Origin: an uncultured Planctomycetota bacterium
GTDB taxonomy: Bacteria; Planctomycetota; Planctomycetia; Isosphaerales; Isosphaeraceae
Assembly: GCA_963845755.1 (NCBI GenBank)
Contig: CAWJTV010000026.1
Span: forward strand, 1-64,000
Direction: 5' to 3'
DNA length: 64,000 bases
Both the position numbers and the translations under genes were made by a program. Positions within the stretch are counted from its first letter, which is position 1; every line of letters starts with the position of its first letter. Below are positions 9,366 through 20,711 of this stretch, piece after piece. The notes beneath the pieces were generated by a model that had not been told where the DNA came from, did not search any database, and was given only the letters and a program-made list of their open reading frames with translations.

Positions 9366-12300
9366 TCAGTCGGCGCGGGCAAACGGCTCCTCCGGCATGG
9401 CCAGGTCCATCATCATCAGCCGGAAGTCGGACAGGTCGCGGAGCGGGTCGAGGGCATCCTCGGTGCGGTAGGCGTCGGTGTTGCGGAATCCCAGGGCCGC
9501 GGCCTTGTGCAACAGGGCCATCGCCGCGTCGGCCTCCGACGCCGCCTGATCGGCCGAGATCCCCGACCCGGCCAGTCCGGCCAGTCCGGCTAGCTCGGCA
9601 TGGCAGCAAGCGGTCTCGTACCACGCCTCGCGCGACCGCGACGCCAGCCCGTCGAACAGCCCCAGCGCCCGCCGGACGTCGGCCGCCGCCCCGGCGGGAT
9701 CGCCCAGGTCGCGGCGGGCCAGCCCGCGCCGACGCAACGAGCCCGCCAGGTTGCCGCGGTACGTCGGGGCCTTCGGGTGCTCCGCGACCAGCCGCTCGCG
9801 GAGGGCGATCGCCTGGTCGTAGGCGTCGCGGGTCTCGGCCATCCGTCCGCGGGGGCGGAGGACATCGCCGAGGTTGGTCAGCGCCGTGGCGAGGCCGTCG
9901 CCATAGTCGGGGACCTTGGGGTTGTGGTCGGCCAGGTCCCGATAGATCGCCGCCGCGGCGCGGTCTTCGGACTCCGCCTCCGACAGCCGGCCGGCCTGCG
10001 ACAGCAGGAGGCCGCGGCGGATCTGGGTGTATGCCAGGCCGAAGCGGTAGTAGGTGACGGCGGGGTTGGCCTCGGCCATCCCTCGGAAGATCGCCTGCGC
10101 CGCGCGGTACTCCGGCTCCGCCTCCGACGGCCGGCCCGTCTCGGAGAGCAATTCGCCGAGGTTGACGTGGCCGGTCGCCAGGCGGTCGCGGAACTCGGTG
10201 ACGGTGGGGTTGGCTTCGACCACCTCCCGGTCGTTCGCCAGCCCCGCACGGAACTCGGCCTCCGCCTCCCGCGACCGGCCCGACTCCGCCAGCAGGACGC
10301 CGAGGTCCGTGTAGACGGACCCCAGGTCGCTGCGGAATGTCGTGAGGGCGGGGTTGGACTCGGCGGTCTCCCGGAGGATCGCCAGGGCCGCGCGGTACTC
10401 GGGCTCGGCCTCCCGGGGCCGGCCCGTTTCCTTCAGCACGATCCCGAGATAGTGATGGTTGAGCGCCAGGAGCCTGCGGAATTCGGGTACGGCGGGGTTG
10501 TCCTCGGCCAGCTCCTGCTGGATCGACACGGCCAGGCGGAACAGGGACTCCGCCTCCGGGGATCGGCCAGTCTGCCTGAGCAGGTTGCCGAGGTTAAAGT
10601 GGCTGGCCTGCAGTTGCTTGCGGAAGTCGGTGACGGCGGGGTTGTCGTCGGCCAGCTTCTTGCGGATCGCCAGGGCCGTGCGGTACTCGGCCTCGGCCTC
10701 CTTCGGCCGGCCCGTCTTCGACAGCAGGATGCCGAGGTTGTTGTGGGTCGCCGCCAGGCTGTTCCGGAAGTCGGTGACGGCGGGGTCCTCGTCGGCCAGC
10801 TTCTTGCGGATCGCCAGGGCCGCGTGATACTCGGCCTCGGCCTCCTTCGGCCGGCCGGTGTTCGCCAGCAGGCGGCCGATGCGGTTGACCGTATCCCCCA
10901 GGTCGCGTCGGGCCTCCGGCGATGCCCCGGGGGCCACGGCCAGCGCCTCCTGGTCGGCCCGTGCCTGACGGTAGGCGGCCAGCGCCTGGTCATCCTTGCC
11001 GATGGTGGTCAGGAAGAAGCCCATCCGCGATCGGCAGTCGGCCAGGGCGGCGTGGGCCTGTTGCGACTCCGCCGTCGGCCCGGACAGCACGGCTTCGGCC
11101 TCGCGGTAGGCGGCCAGCGCCTCGTCGGTCTTGCCCATCGACTCGAGGAGTCCGGCGACTTCCGTCAGGCTGCGGCCGACGTCGGCCTGGGCCGCCCCGC
11201 CGACTCCCGGGTCGGCTGCCAGCGCCCGCCGCGCCGCCAGGACCGACCGGTGCGCCGCCAGCGCGTCCGCGTTCCGGCCCACCTTCGCCGTCAGCCCCGC
11301 CAGCTCGAAGTTCGCCCCCGCCAGCGCCCGCCGCGAGGCCACGTCCGTCTCCTTCCCCAGCAGGCCGCCGAGCTTGCCGTAGAAGTCGGAGGCCGACTTG
11401 AGCAGCCGGTCGCGCAGCTCCTTGAACTTCTCCTCCCTGAGCAGGAAGTCCTCGCTGACACCGGTGTGGAACGTCTTGATCGCCTCCACGGCCAGCTCGT
11501 AACGCGCTGGACGGCAGACTTCGAGCGGGCCAGGTCGAGATTCGCCCGGGTCTCGCGGTCCAGTGCCCGCGCGATGTCGGCTTTGGCCCGGGTCTGCACG
11601 ACCAGGACCGCGGAGAGCCCCACCATCCCGGCCAGCAGCGCCACGGCCGCGGCGGTGACCGCCGTCCGGTTCCGCTTCGCCCACCGCCGGGCGCGGCGCG
11701 ACAGCGGCTCGCGCCACGCCGACACCGGCTCATCGGCCATCCACCGCTCCACGTCCTCGGCCAGGGCCTTCGGCGTCGCGTACCGATCCGCGGGCCGCAG
11801 CGCCATCGCCTTGAGGCAGACGGCCTCCAGCGCCCGTTCGATCGTCGCGTCGACCCGCCGCGGTGGCGTGAGTTCACCCCGCTTCACGGCGCGGAGCACG
11901 GCGTTGAGGTCCCCGACCACCGGCGGCTGGCCGGTCAGCAGGTAGTACAACGTCGCGCCCAGGCTGTAGACATCGGACCGTGGCCCCAGGTTCTCGATGT
12001 CCCCCTCGGCCTGCTCCGGGCTCATGAACGCCGGCGTCCCCAGGGACCTGCCGGGTAGCGTCTCGGCCGAGCCGCTGGCCGAGTTGGGTATCAAGGTCGG
12101 CTCGTCCGCGTCCGCCCCTGGCTCGACCCGGCCGAGCAACTTGGCCAGTCCCCAGTCAACCACCAGGGTCTCGCCGTGCTTGCCGACGATCACGTTGGCC
12201 GGCTTGATGTCGCGGTGGAGGACGCCCCGGCTGTGGGCGTACTCGATGGCATTGCAGACGTCCGTGAACCGCCGCAGGAGCTGGCGGAGCTCGAGCGAGC

Positions 12301-13015
12301 GGCGACCCGGGTCGGCCTTCAGGGCAGGGTCGGCGTGGAAGCGGTCGATGGCCTCCTTGAGGCTGTCCCCTCTGACGAACCGCATGGCGTAATAGGGTCG
12401 TCCGTCGGCGTCAATGCCCAGGCCGTAGACCGGGACGATCCCGGGATGCTCCAACCCGCCGGTGACCTCGGCCTCGAGCAGGAACCGGGCGCGGCTGACC
12501 GGGTCGTCGGCGTGCTTCTCGAGGATCTGCTTGAGGGCCACCTCGCGATTGAGCTCGGCGTCGAGTGCGACGAAGACGGCGCCCAGTCCGCCGCGCGCGT
12601 GGAGGCGGAGGACGCGGAACCGCTGTCCGTCGGTCGTGGCCGGGCCGATCGAATAGGAGGCTGTGCCGTCGGCGTCGGCCTGGGTCGCGTCGTAGCCGGA
12701 GGCGACGTGGCCGAGCGTCTCGGCGATGTCCGGGTCGGCGAGTTCCGTCAGACCCGCGTGGGTGGACCGGTCGGCGGGGAAGGCGGTAAGGCTCTTCGTG
12801 ACGTCGCCGTCGTGGGCCTGGAGGAGGAGCTCGCCCATGCCCTCAACGACCGGGCGATGGCCCGGCGCGAGGTGGCCCATCGCGACGAGGTGATCGAGCA
12901 GGGGTCGGGACTTGTCGCCGGTCCAGGCCCGGACGGCGGCGACGAGCTGGGCCTGCTGGATCAGGCCGTTTTGCAGGGCGAGTAGGCCGAAGAGGAAGTC
13001 GCGGTCGGCGGCCAT
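9366..13015 (-). CDS. Ser/Thr protein kinase with transmembrane segment and TPR repeats (frameshift near 11505)
   Basis: Start MAADRDFLFGLLALQNG; ARGGLGAV, VALKQI, HRDIKPAN, DWGLAK, GTPAFMSPEQ, SDVYSLG; about 48-aa TPR-like repeats (GRPKEAEAEY...ALAIRKKLA) in ORF 9366..11717. Confidence 0.9.
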
Positions 13016-13854
13016 GGGCGGACTCCGGTGTCGGGCGTGGGACGGGGCGGCCGGCCGATATCCCGGGGGCCGCAGGTCGTCCGATGGCACGGGCAGTATT
13101 ATTCTATGCCACAGGGTGTCCGGCGTCAGCATCGGCGATGACGGTCGCGCGCCCAGGTCCCGACGCCGGCGGATGCGCCTTGGGTTGGGAAAACTTTGAC
13201 GGATTCTTCGCATGAACGAAACTCGCTGCAACGGCCCCGTCGCCTCCGCAGTCTGGATGCTTCCCCTGGGCGGCGGCTGGACACTGGCTCGGATCCACGC
13301 CTTTTTCGTCGAGAGCGATCGCGGCAACTCTCCTATTTGGAAGCCGGGCTTGGTATCATTAAGCTCGAGGAACTCCTCGGTCACCGGCATGTGACCACCA
13401 CTCAGGTTTCGATGAGCTCCCGGCCTTTCAAGTGGATCATTCCCAACAAAGACACGCAAAGTCACGCGGAACTTGTCAAGCGTCGTCGGTCCGGTACTCC
13501 GTATATCATAATCGATCTGCTGTGGAAGGCTCGATAAGCGACGTATTTCCCGTGAGTATCCTGTATCTCAACCCGTGGTCCAACTCCATTTATGTCGGAC
13601 CTCGATGATTCCATGGTGCGCCACCGCAACCGGGCCTAGCCTCTCTTCCCGGTGCATCTCTTGAAGGGGACTCGGCCCGAAGTCGTCCGAGATGACGGTG
13701 AACCTGTCAAACCGCCGTCTCAGAGCGGTTTCCGCGAACAGCACGGAACTTTACGTAACTTTGTTGGTTTTTGCCCCATTCCCAGGATGACCACCATCGC
13801 CGCTGCCCCAGGCCACGCGAGAGGGTGGGACCGACGCCGTGAGATTCCCTGAAG

Positions 13855-16121
13855 ATGGATCGGCTCATCTCCCAGTTCGGGCTCCCCGTGCAGTTGAACC
13901 CGGCTTCGCTGCCGTTCTTCCTGGCCGCGGCCTTGTCGGCCTGGTTGGTCGTGCTCGCCTGGGAGCGTCGCAACGAGCCTTCGGCGCCTCCCCTCATCTC
14001 GCTGCTCCTGTTCGAGGGGCTCTGGGCCTTGTGCGAGGCGATCGATGCGGTCCTGCTCGACCCGTCCGCACAGGCCGTGATCTACGGCCTGAAGCTCTCA
14101 TCCGTGGCCCTCGTGCCGCCTTCACTCCTGTTCTTCGTCCTCGAGTACACGGGCCGAACGGGGGCCGCGCCCGCGCGCTTCAAGGTGCTGATGCTCGTGG
14201 TGCCGGCGATCTCCATCAGCCTCATCGCCACCTCGGGTGAACACCGGCTGTTCCTGACGGGCATGGAACAGGTCGAGATCCAGGGCTACCGATTGCTGAG
14301 TCCCAGGTACGGCCCTGCATTCTGGATCCACACCAGCTATTGCTATGCAATCTTGTGCCTGTCTGCATGGCTGCTCGCCCGCGCCGCCTTGGCTCTGGGC
14401 GGGGTCTTGAGGAAGCAGATGCTGTTCTTGTCCGCATGTCTGCTCATCCCCCTGGTCATCAACGTGGCGGACCTGCTGAGGATCATCCCGGACCCCTATA
14501 GAGAATATGACCTTACCGCCGCCACGTTCGTGGTGACGGGCGTGCTTGGCCTGGTGTTGTTGCGGCGGTTCCAGCTCATCAACGTCGCTCCGGTCAGCTA
14601 TTCCCTGGTCGTGCACGAGATGCTCGACGCGATCATCGTGCTCGACGCCCGAGGGCGGATCGCCGGCGTGAACCAGGCGGCCCTTCGCCTCATGGGGCAC
14701 CCCGATAAGGACATCATCGGCCTCCACGGCGATATGATCCCCGGCTGGCTGCGGATTCCCGAGCACCTCAGGCGGCTGGAAAGCAGCTTCGGAGCTGTCG
14801 TATCGCCTCGGTACGGACTCGCGGGATCATGGGTCCACCTACGATGTCCGCATCTCTCGCTTCCCGCACGGCCGCGAACCGGGATGGCTGGTCATCATCC
14901 GCGACATCTCCGCCCAATCGCGCGGAGGCGGAGCGGACGGCCCGGATCGCCGCCGAGCAGGCCAATCGGGCCAAGGACGCATTCCTGGCCAAGTTGAGCC
15001 ACGAGCTGCGGACGCCGCTGACGCCCGTGCTCGCGATCGTCTCCGCGACCCTCGATCAACCCTCGATCCCCCCGGAATTGCGATCCTCCCTCGAGATCGT
15101 GCAGAGGAATGTTCACATTGAGGCCCGTTTGATCGATGATCTTCTCGACCAGAGCCTGGTCACTCTGGGGAAGCTGCGCCTGCGGAAGGAGCTCGTCGAC
15201 GCACATGGGCTCCTGCGACAGAGCTTGGAGAATTGCGCCGAATTCCTCCGGGATGCCGGCCTGATCGCCCGCCTCGATCTCTCCGCGACGAACAGCAGGA
15301 TCGACGCCGATCCGGGCCGGCTCCAGCAAGTTTTCTGGAACCTCATCATCAATGCCGCGAGGAACTCGCCCGCTCGCAGTCACCTCACGATCCGAACGGG
15401 GAATATCGCGGCCGATACCCTCGCGATCGAATTTCAGGACGAAGGTCGCGGCCTCGAGGCGTCGCAGTTGGAACGGATCTTCGAGCCTTTTATCCAAGGG
15501 ACATCCGAGGGTGTCGAACGAGGTCCGGGTCTGGGCCTGGGCCTGTCGATCGGCCGTTGGATCGTCGAAGCCCACGCGGGAACTTTCGTCGCGGAGAGTT
15601 CGGGCCCCGGGAGAGGGGCGACATTCCGAGTCGTCCTCCGCACCGCGGACCCCGCGGAGGTCGCGACGGTCGATCGGCCGAGGGCGAGGGACGCGACCGT
15701 CGAGCAGCCCGCCGCCGAGGAGCCCGACGGAGACCGCCAGTCCGGCAGGCCGACGACGATCCTCCTCGTCGAGGACAATCCGGACTCCCTGCGCACCCTC
15801 GGGATGTCGTTGTCCCGGCTCGGCTATGAGGTCCGGCCCGCGAACAGCCTCCGGGCGGCCCTGGCCGCCGCCGAAGACGGGGGATATGATCTGATCCTCA
15901 GCGACCTTGAATTGGGCGACGGGACCGGCCTGGACCTGCTGCGTTCGTTGGGCTCGTCGCGTTCGGTTCCGGCGATCGCCCTCACCGGTTACGGGTCCGA
16001 CGAAGACCGGCAGATGTGCCTGGAGGCGGGCTTCGAGATGCACCTCATCAAGCCGGTCGAGTCGAGGCAACTCGGCGAGGCGATCCGGAGTATCATTCAG
16101 AAACAATCAATCAATTCTTAA
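13855..16121 (+). CDS. Hybrid sensor histidine kinase: HisKA_7TM-like N-terminus, PAS, HisKA, HATPase, receiver (frameshift near 14800-14910)
   Basis: Seven-TM-like region with YGPAFWIHTSYCY; MLDAIIVLDARGRI PAS; LSHELRTPL; LQQVFWNLIINA; GLGLGLSI; ILLVEDN...DLILSDLEL...HLIKPV. Confidence 0.88.
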
Positions 16122-16272
16122 TGTAAAGGCTCGTCGGAATCCCGATCCGCGCGACGGGAGGTCGGGCCCGGCGAGACCGGGATGCATCGGACTCCGGACG
16201 GATCGGCAGAGATCACGAACGACCAATCGAAGGAATGCCGAGGACTCGAGGGGCGACTGCAAGGGCATCGAC

Positions 16273-17693
16273 TCACGCGAGCCGCACGCCGAGCTCTTCG
16301 AGCTTGCGATAGAGGGAGGAGAGGCCCAGGCCGAGGCGGCGGGCCGTCTCGCGCTTGTCGTCGTTGCAATCGCGGAGGACGCGCTGGATGTGCTGGCGCT
16401 CGTAGTCTCGCAGCGCGGCGCGGAGGTTATCGCCGGAGCCGGAGCCGTCCGGCTCGTTGTCGACGATCAGGCCGGGGGGGAAATCGTCGGGCGTGAGGAT
16501 GGGGCCCTCGCTGAGGATGACGGCGCGTTCCAGGGCGTTGTCGAGCTCGCGGACGTTGCCGGTCCAGGTGGCCGCCATCAGGCCCCGGACGGTCGCATTG
16601 TCAACGCCGTCGAACGCGACGGCCCAGGCTGCGCCGCGTGCTTGGCGAGCAGGGTGGCGACCAGCTCGGGGATATCCTCGCGACGGTCGCGCAGGGTGGG
16701 CAAGTGGATGGTGACCACGTTGAGGCGATAATACAGGTCGGCGCGGAAGCGGTCGGCGGCGACCTCGGCGGTGAGGTCCTTGTTGGTCGCCGTCAGCAGC
16801 CGCGCGTGGAACGAGACCGGGCGCATCGCGCCGACCGGCAGGACCTCCTTGTTCTCGATGGCGCGGAGCAGCTTGGCCTGGGTCGACCGCGAGAGCTCGC
16901 CGATCTCGTCGAGGAACACGGTGCCCCGGCCGGCGGCCACGAACAGCCCGGCATGGTCCCGGTCGGCGCCGGTGAAGGCGCCCCGAACGTGGCCGAAGAG
17001 CTGGTTCTCCAGCAGGTCGTGCGGGATCGCGGCGCAGTTCACGGCCAGGAACACGTCGCCGGGGGCCGGCCCGACGGCGTGCAGCGCACGCGCGACCAGC
17101 TCCTTGCCCGTGCCCGACTCGCCGGTGATCAGCACGGTGCTCCGGGTGGGGCCGACCTTGCGGATCAAGGTCTTGACCGCCTTCATGGGCGGGCTCTCGC
17201 CGACCAAGGCCTCGATGTCTCCCTGGCCATGGAGCTGCCGCCGCAGCGCCTGGTTCTCCAGCAACAGACGTCGGTAGCCGATCAGGCGGTCGATCTTGGC
17301 CAGCAGGTCGTCGAAGAGGACCGGCTTCATCAGGTAGTCCTGGGCGCCGCGGCGGAACGCGGCCACCGCGTTCTCGACCGTCGCATACGCCGTGATCATG
17401 ATGAACATCGTCTCCGGGCGGATCCGGAGCGTCCGGTTCAGGACGGCCAAGCCGTCGCCGCCGGGCAGTTGGACGTCGCACAGGACGACGTCCGGCTCGA
17501 AGGTTTCGACCAGCGCCAGGGCTTGGGGCATGTCCGCGGCCGTCGCCGCTTCGAAACTCTCGCCCTGGAGGAACTCCTTGAGCGTCGCGGCGATCACATC
17601 CTCGTCGTCAACGATCAGGACCCGTCCCCGCGGAGCCGAGGGCTCCGGTGCCTTGGCTTCTCCATTCCGCTTCTCGACCGCGACCGACTTCAT
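16273..17693 (-). CDS. Sigma54-dependent response regulator, NtrC/AtoC family (frameshift near 16625)
   Basis: VLIVDDE receiver; GESGTGKE; GAFTGA; FLDEIG; FRADLYYRLNV; WTGNVRELDN; C-terminal Fis-type HTH. Confidence 0.92.
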
Positions 17694-17722
17694 CAGGTAG
17701 GCCCTACGCCGTGAAGAAACTC

Positions 17723-17784
17723 ACGTAGGTCAGGCTTTCGAGCCTGACTCTCCAGAACGTCAGGCTCGAAAGCCTGATCTACGT
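17723..17784. repeat. GTAG-type REP doublet (REPIN-like)
   Basis: ACGTAGGTCAGGCTTTCGAGCCTGAC ... GTCAGGCTCGAAAGCCTGATCTACGT inverted pair, each half palindromic; related copy at 57195-57241. Confidence 0.75.
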
Positions 17785-19154
17785 TCCGCTGGAGCAACCG
17801 CCTCTCCGACCTCGCCGGCGCATGCGGTGCCTGGGACTGAGAGTCCCAGATCGGTCGGAGGCCGTTCCGGCTCCAGCGGGAGCCGGACGATGAACGTGGA
17901 ACCCCGGCCCAGCTCCGATCGATAGTCCAGCCGGCCCGAGTAATCTTCGAGGATCTGCCGGCTGACGAACAAGCCCAGCCCGGTGCCATGCGGCTTGGTG
18001 GTGAAGAAGGGCTGGAACAGCCGGCAGCGGTCGGCCAGCGAGATCCCCCGCCCGTCGTCGTCGACGCTCAGGACGATCCCGCCGTCCTCGACGTGCGCCT
18101 CGACGTGAATGCGCCCCTGCTCCGCCGTCGCGTCGATGGCGTTCAGCACGAGGTTCAGGACGACCTGGGTGAGGTAGTCGCGCACGATGGCGATCGTCGG
18201 CAGGTCGGGCGGGACCACCGTCGTGATCGATCGCTGCTTGGTCCGTTGATAATACTTGGCGATGCCGAGGGCCTCGTCGACGACCTCGCCGATCCGCACC
18301 CGGGTCACCGCGGTGGAGGCCGGCCGCGAGAAATCGACCAGCTCGCGGATGGTGCGCTCGATCCGCTGCAACTGGCGGCCGGCAAGGTCGAGCTTCTCGG
18401 AAGTATACGGATCGGGCCCCCGGCGCTGGAGCATCTGGACGAGCGAGCTGAGCGCGGCCAGGGGATTGCCGACCTCGTGGGCGATCCCGGCCGCGAGCAG
18501 CCCGAAGGCGGCCATCTTCTCCTGCTGGATCACCCGGGCCTGCGAGGCACGCAGGGCGTCGGTGCGCTCTTCCACGCGCTGTTCCAGTTCTTCACGGGCC
18601 CGGGCGAGCTCCGCATTGAGGCGCGCGAACTCCTCGCCGGCCGCCCGCAGCGAGCCCGCCAGCGAGGAGCTGGCCCAGGTCACCCAGGCCATGATGGTCA
18701 ACGTCAAGAGCAGGCTCGATTCAGGACGGGGCGAGGTGCCCAGGATCCCCGCCAGGCCGAGGAACGTCAGGCCGTGGAACGCCAGCGTCCACCAGGCGAC
18801 CTCCGCCCGGTTCCGGATCGAGCAGCAGATCAAGGAGAGCAGGTAATACCAGCGGAACGGGCTGTTGAGCCCCGTATCATGGTAGCACAACAGCGCGATG
18901 AACACCGACTCCATCATCGAGACGAGCAGCGGCCAGCCCTTGAGGATGACCTCGCCCATCCGCCAGAAGGCCAGGTCCAGCGCGGCATAGCCGGCGCCCA
19001 GGGCCAGGAAGGCGCGGACCGCCCAGGGGTCGTGCAGCCCGGTCCGGGTCTGGACCAGGATGTACCCCATCACGATGCCGAACCAGCGGAGCTTCACCAC
19101 CGTCGACTCGGCCGCCAGCTCCCACCGCGACCGTTCGATGCCCGACGTCGTCAT
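17760..19154 (-). CDS. Membrane sensor histidine kinase, probable partner of the sigma54 regulator
   Basis: TM helices; QQEKMAAFGLLAAGIAHEVGNPL; QVVLNLVLNAIDA; DDGRGI; FQPFFTTKPHGTGLGL. Confidence 0.9.
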   Translation of the reverse strand: MTTSGIERSRWELAAESTVVKLRWFGIVMGYILVQTRTGLHDPWAVRAFLALGAGYAALDLAFWRMGEVILKGWPLLVSMMESVFIALLCYHDTGLNSPFRWYYLLSLICCSIRNRAEVAWWTLAFHGLTFLGLAGILGTSPRPESSLLLTLTIMAWVTWASSSLAGSLRAAGEEFARLNAELARAREELEQRVEERTDALRASQARVIQQEKMAAFGLLAAGIAHEVGNPLAALSSLVQMLQRRGPDPYTSEKLDLAGRQLQRIERTIRELVDFSRPASTAVTRVRIGEVVDEALGIAKYYQRTKQRSITTVVPPDLPTIAIVRDYLTQVVLNLVLNAIDATAEQGRIHVEAHVEDGGIVLSVDDDGRGISLADRCRLFQPFFTTKPHGTGLGLFVSRQILEDYSGRLDYRSELGRGSTFIVRLPLEPERPPTDLGLSVPGTACAGEVGEAVAPAERRSGFRA

Positions 19155-19512
19155 CCGATTGCGTGCTCCCGCGGGCCGACTGTCCCGATCACGACCGGAT
19201 CGTCTCGATCCGCACGGAGTATTATAAGCCGGACGGACCTCTGGACTGCGAGGAACGTCCAAGAAACGGTTCCACCGAGACTTATGGCCGTATCGATCCT
19301 CCGAGCGGCCTATTGCCATCAGACTTCTGGCACACTCGTTTGCCAGTCACGTTGGGGGCGGCCCCGTGAAGTCGATCAGGGTGTTCCCGGCGCGCTACGG
19401 ACGTCAACCTCAAACCGACCTTTGGAGCTGTCAGCCGCAAAGGGGCACGGGTCTGCTGACGCCACCCGGGTGCTGGCGGACGACTCCTGAAAAGCTCCTG
19501 CGGGCACGCGCC

Positions 19513-20568
19513 ATGGCGAAACGGAAACCACGATCGGGAAAGATCGGCCAGCGTAGGGGGTCCCCAAGATCCAGAACCGATTATGATAGTTTCTGGAAGG
19601 AGGCACTGGATCGCTACTTCGAGCAGTTTCATGGCCTTCGTCTTTCCCCGGGCTCATGCCGAGATCGACTGGACGCGCGGTTATGAGATGCTGGACAAGG
19701 AGCTCCAGCCGATCGTTCGACAGGCCAAACGCGGTCGGCGCTATGTGGACAAGCTGGTCAAGGTCTGGCTCGAGAGCGGCCAGGAGCGTTGGATCCTGAT
19801 CCACGTAGAAGTGCAGACCGGGAAGGAGGGTGAGTTCCCCAGGCGAATGGTCGTCTACAATCACCGCCTCTTCGACCGTTATGATCGCGAGGTGATCAGC
19901 CTGGCGATCCTGGCCGATGACGATCCCGACTGGCGGCCCAACCAGTTTGGCTACAGCCGGTGGGGCTTCCGCACGATCACGGAGTTTCCGATCGTCAAGC
20001 TGCTGGACTATGCGTCGCGCGACCCGGAGCTGGAGGCCGATCCCAACCCGGTCGCCCTGGTGGTGCTGGCCCACCTCAAGACCCTGGAGACCCGGCGGTC
20101 ACCGGCGGACCGGTACGCATGGAAACTGCGGCTAGTCAAGGGTCTGTATCGAGCGCGGGCTGGATGCGGAGGAGATCCGGCAGTTGTTCCGGTTCATCGA
20201 CTGGATCATGGAGTTGCCGGAGGAACGCGACCAGCAGTTCTGGCAAGAAATCACCGCGTATCAGCAGGAGAAGGTTATGCCGTTCGTCACGATCGCGGAG
20301 CGGGTTGGGAGGGAGAAGGGCCTTGAAGAGGGCAAGACGATGGGAAAGAGGAGAGGGCTTGCTTGAAGGCACTCTCAAAGGCATCGAAGCCTGCCTGGAA
20401 CTGAAGTTCGGCGTCGCGGGACTGGAGCTGATGCCGGAACTCCGTGAGATTCACGACCAAGTCTTGCTGGATAAGATTCTTCATACGATTCGGAGGTACG
20501 GCCAGCCCGGAGGATCTGCGCCGGCTGTGGACGCGCAAGCGCCAGTCGAAGCGAGAGAAACCGGCTAG
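19513..20568 (+). CDS. Rpn/YhgA-like (recombination-promoting nuclease / putative transposase) PD-(D/E)xK protein, several frameshifts
   Basis: DYDSFWKEALDRYF, LDKEL, YVDKLVKV, ILIHVEVQ, FPRRMVVYNHRLFDRY, LFRFIDWIMELP, MPFVTIAERVGREKGLEEG, LELKFG. Confidence 0.8.
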
Positions 20569-20711
20569 ATGATCGCTCGGACGCCCGATCGTGCTTGCCC
20601 GTGCGGTTGCGACCCATAAGATGAAGTGGCGAACCGAGCGAATATCCGCTACCTCCCGGTCGTCACCCCGATGAGGAGACCCTCCGGCTGGGTTCAGACA
20701 GGTGCACGAGC

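Noticed and set aside
9800..11000. About 144-bp DNA repeats
   Set aside because: Explained by TPR-like protein repeats of the kinase.
9600..11945. Long antisense ORFs (also 17988-19490, 29980-31539, 50890-52731, 53741-55486) and the off-frame ORF 60049-61812
   Set aside because: Shadow ORFs of GC-rich genes with no recognisable motifs.
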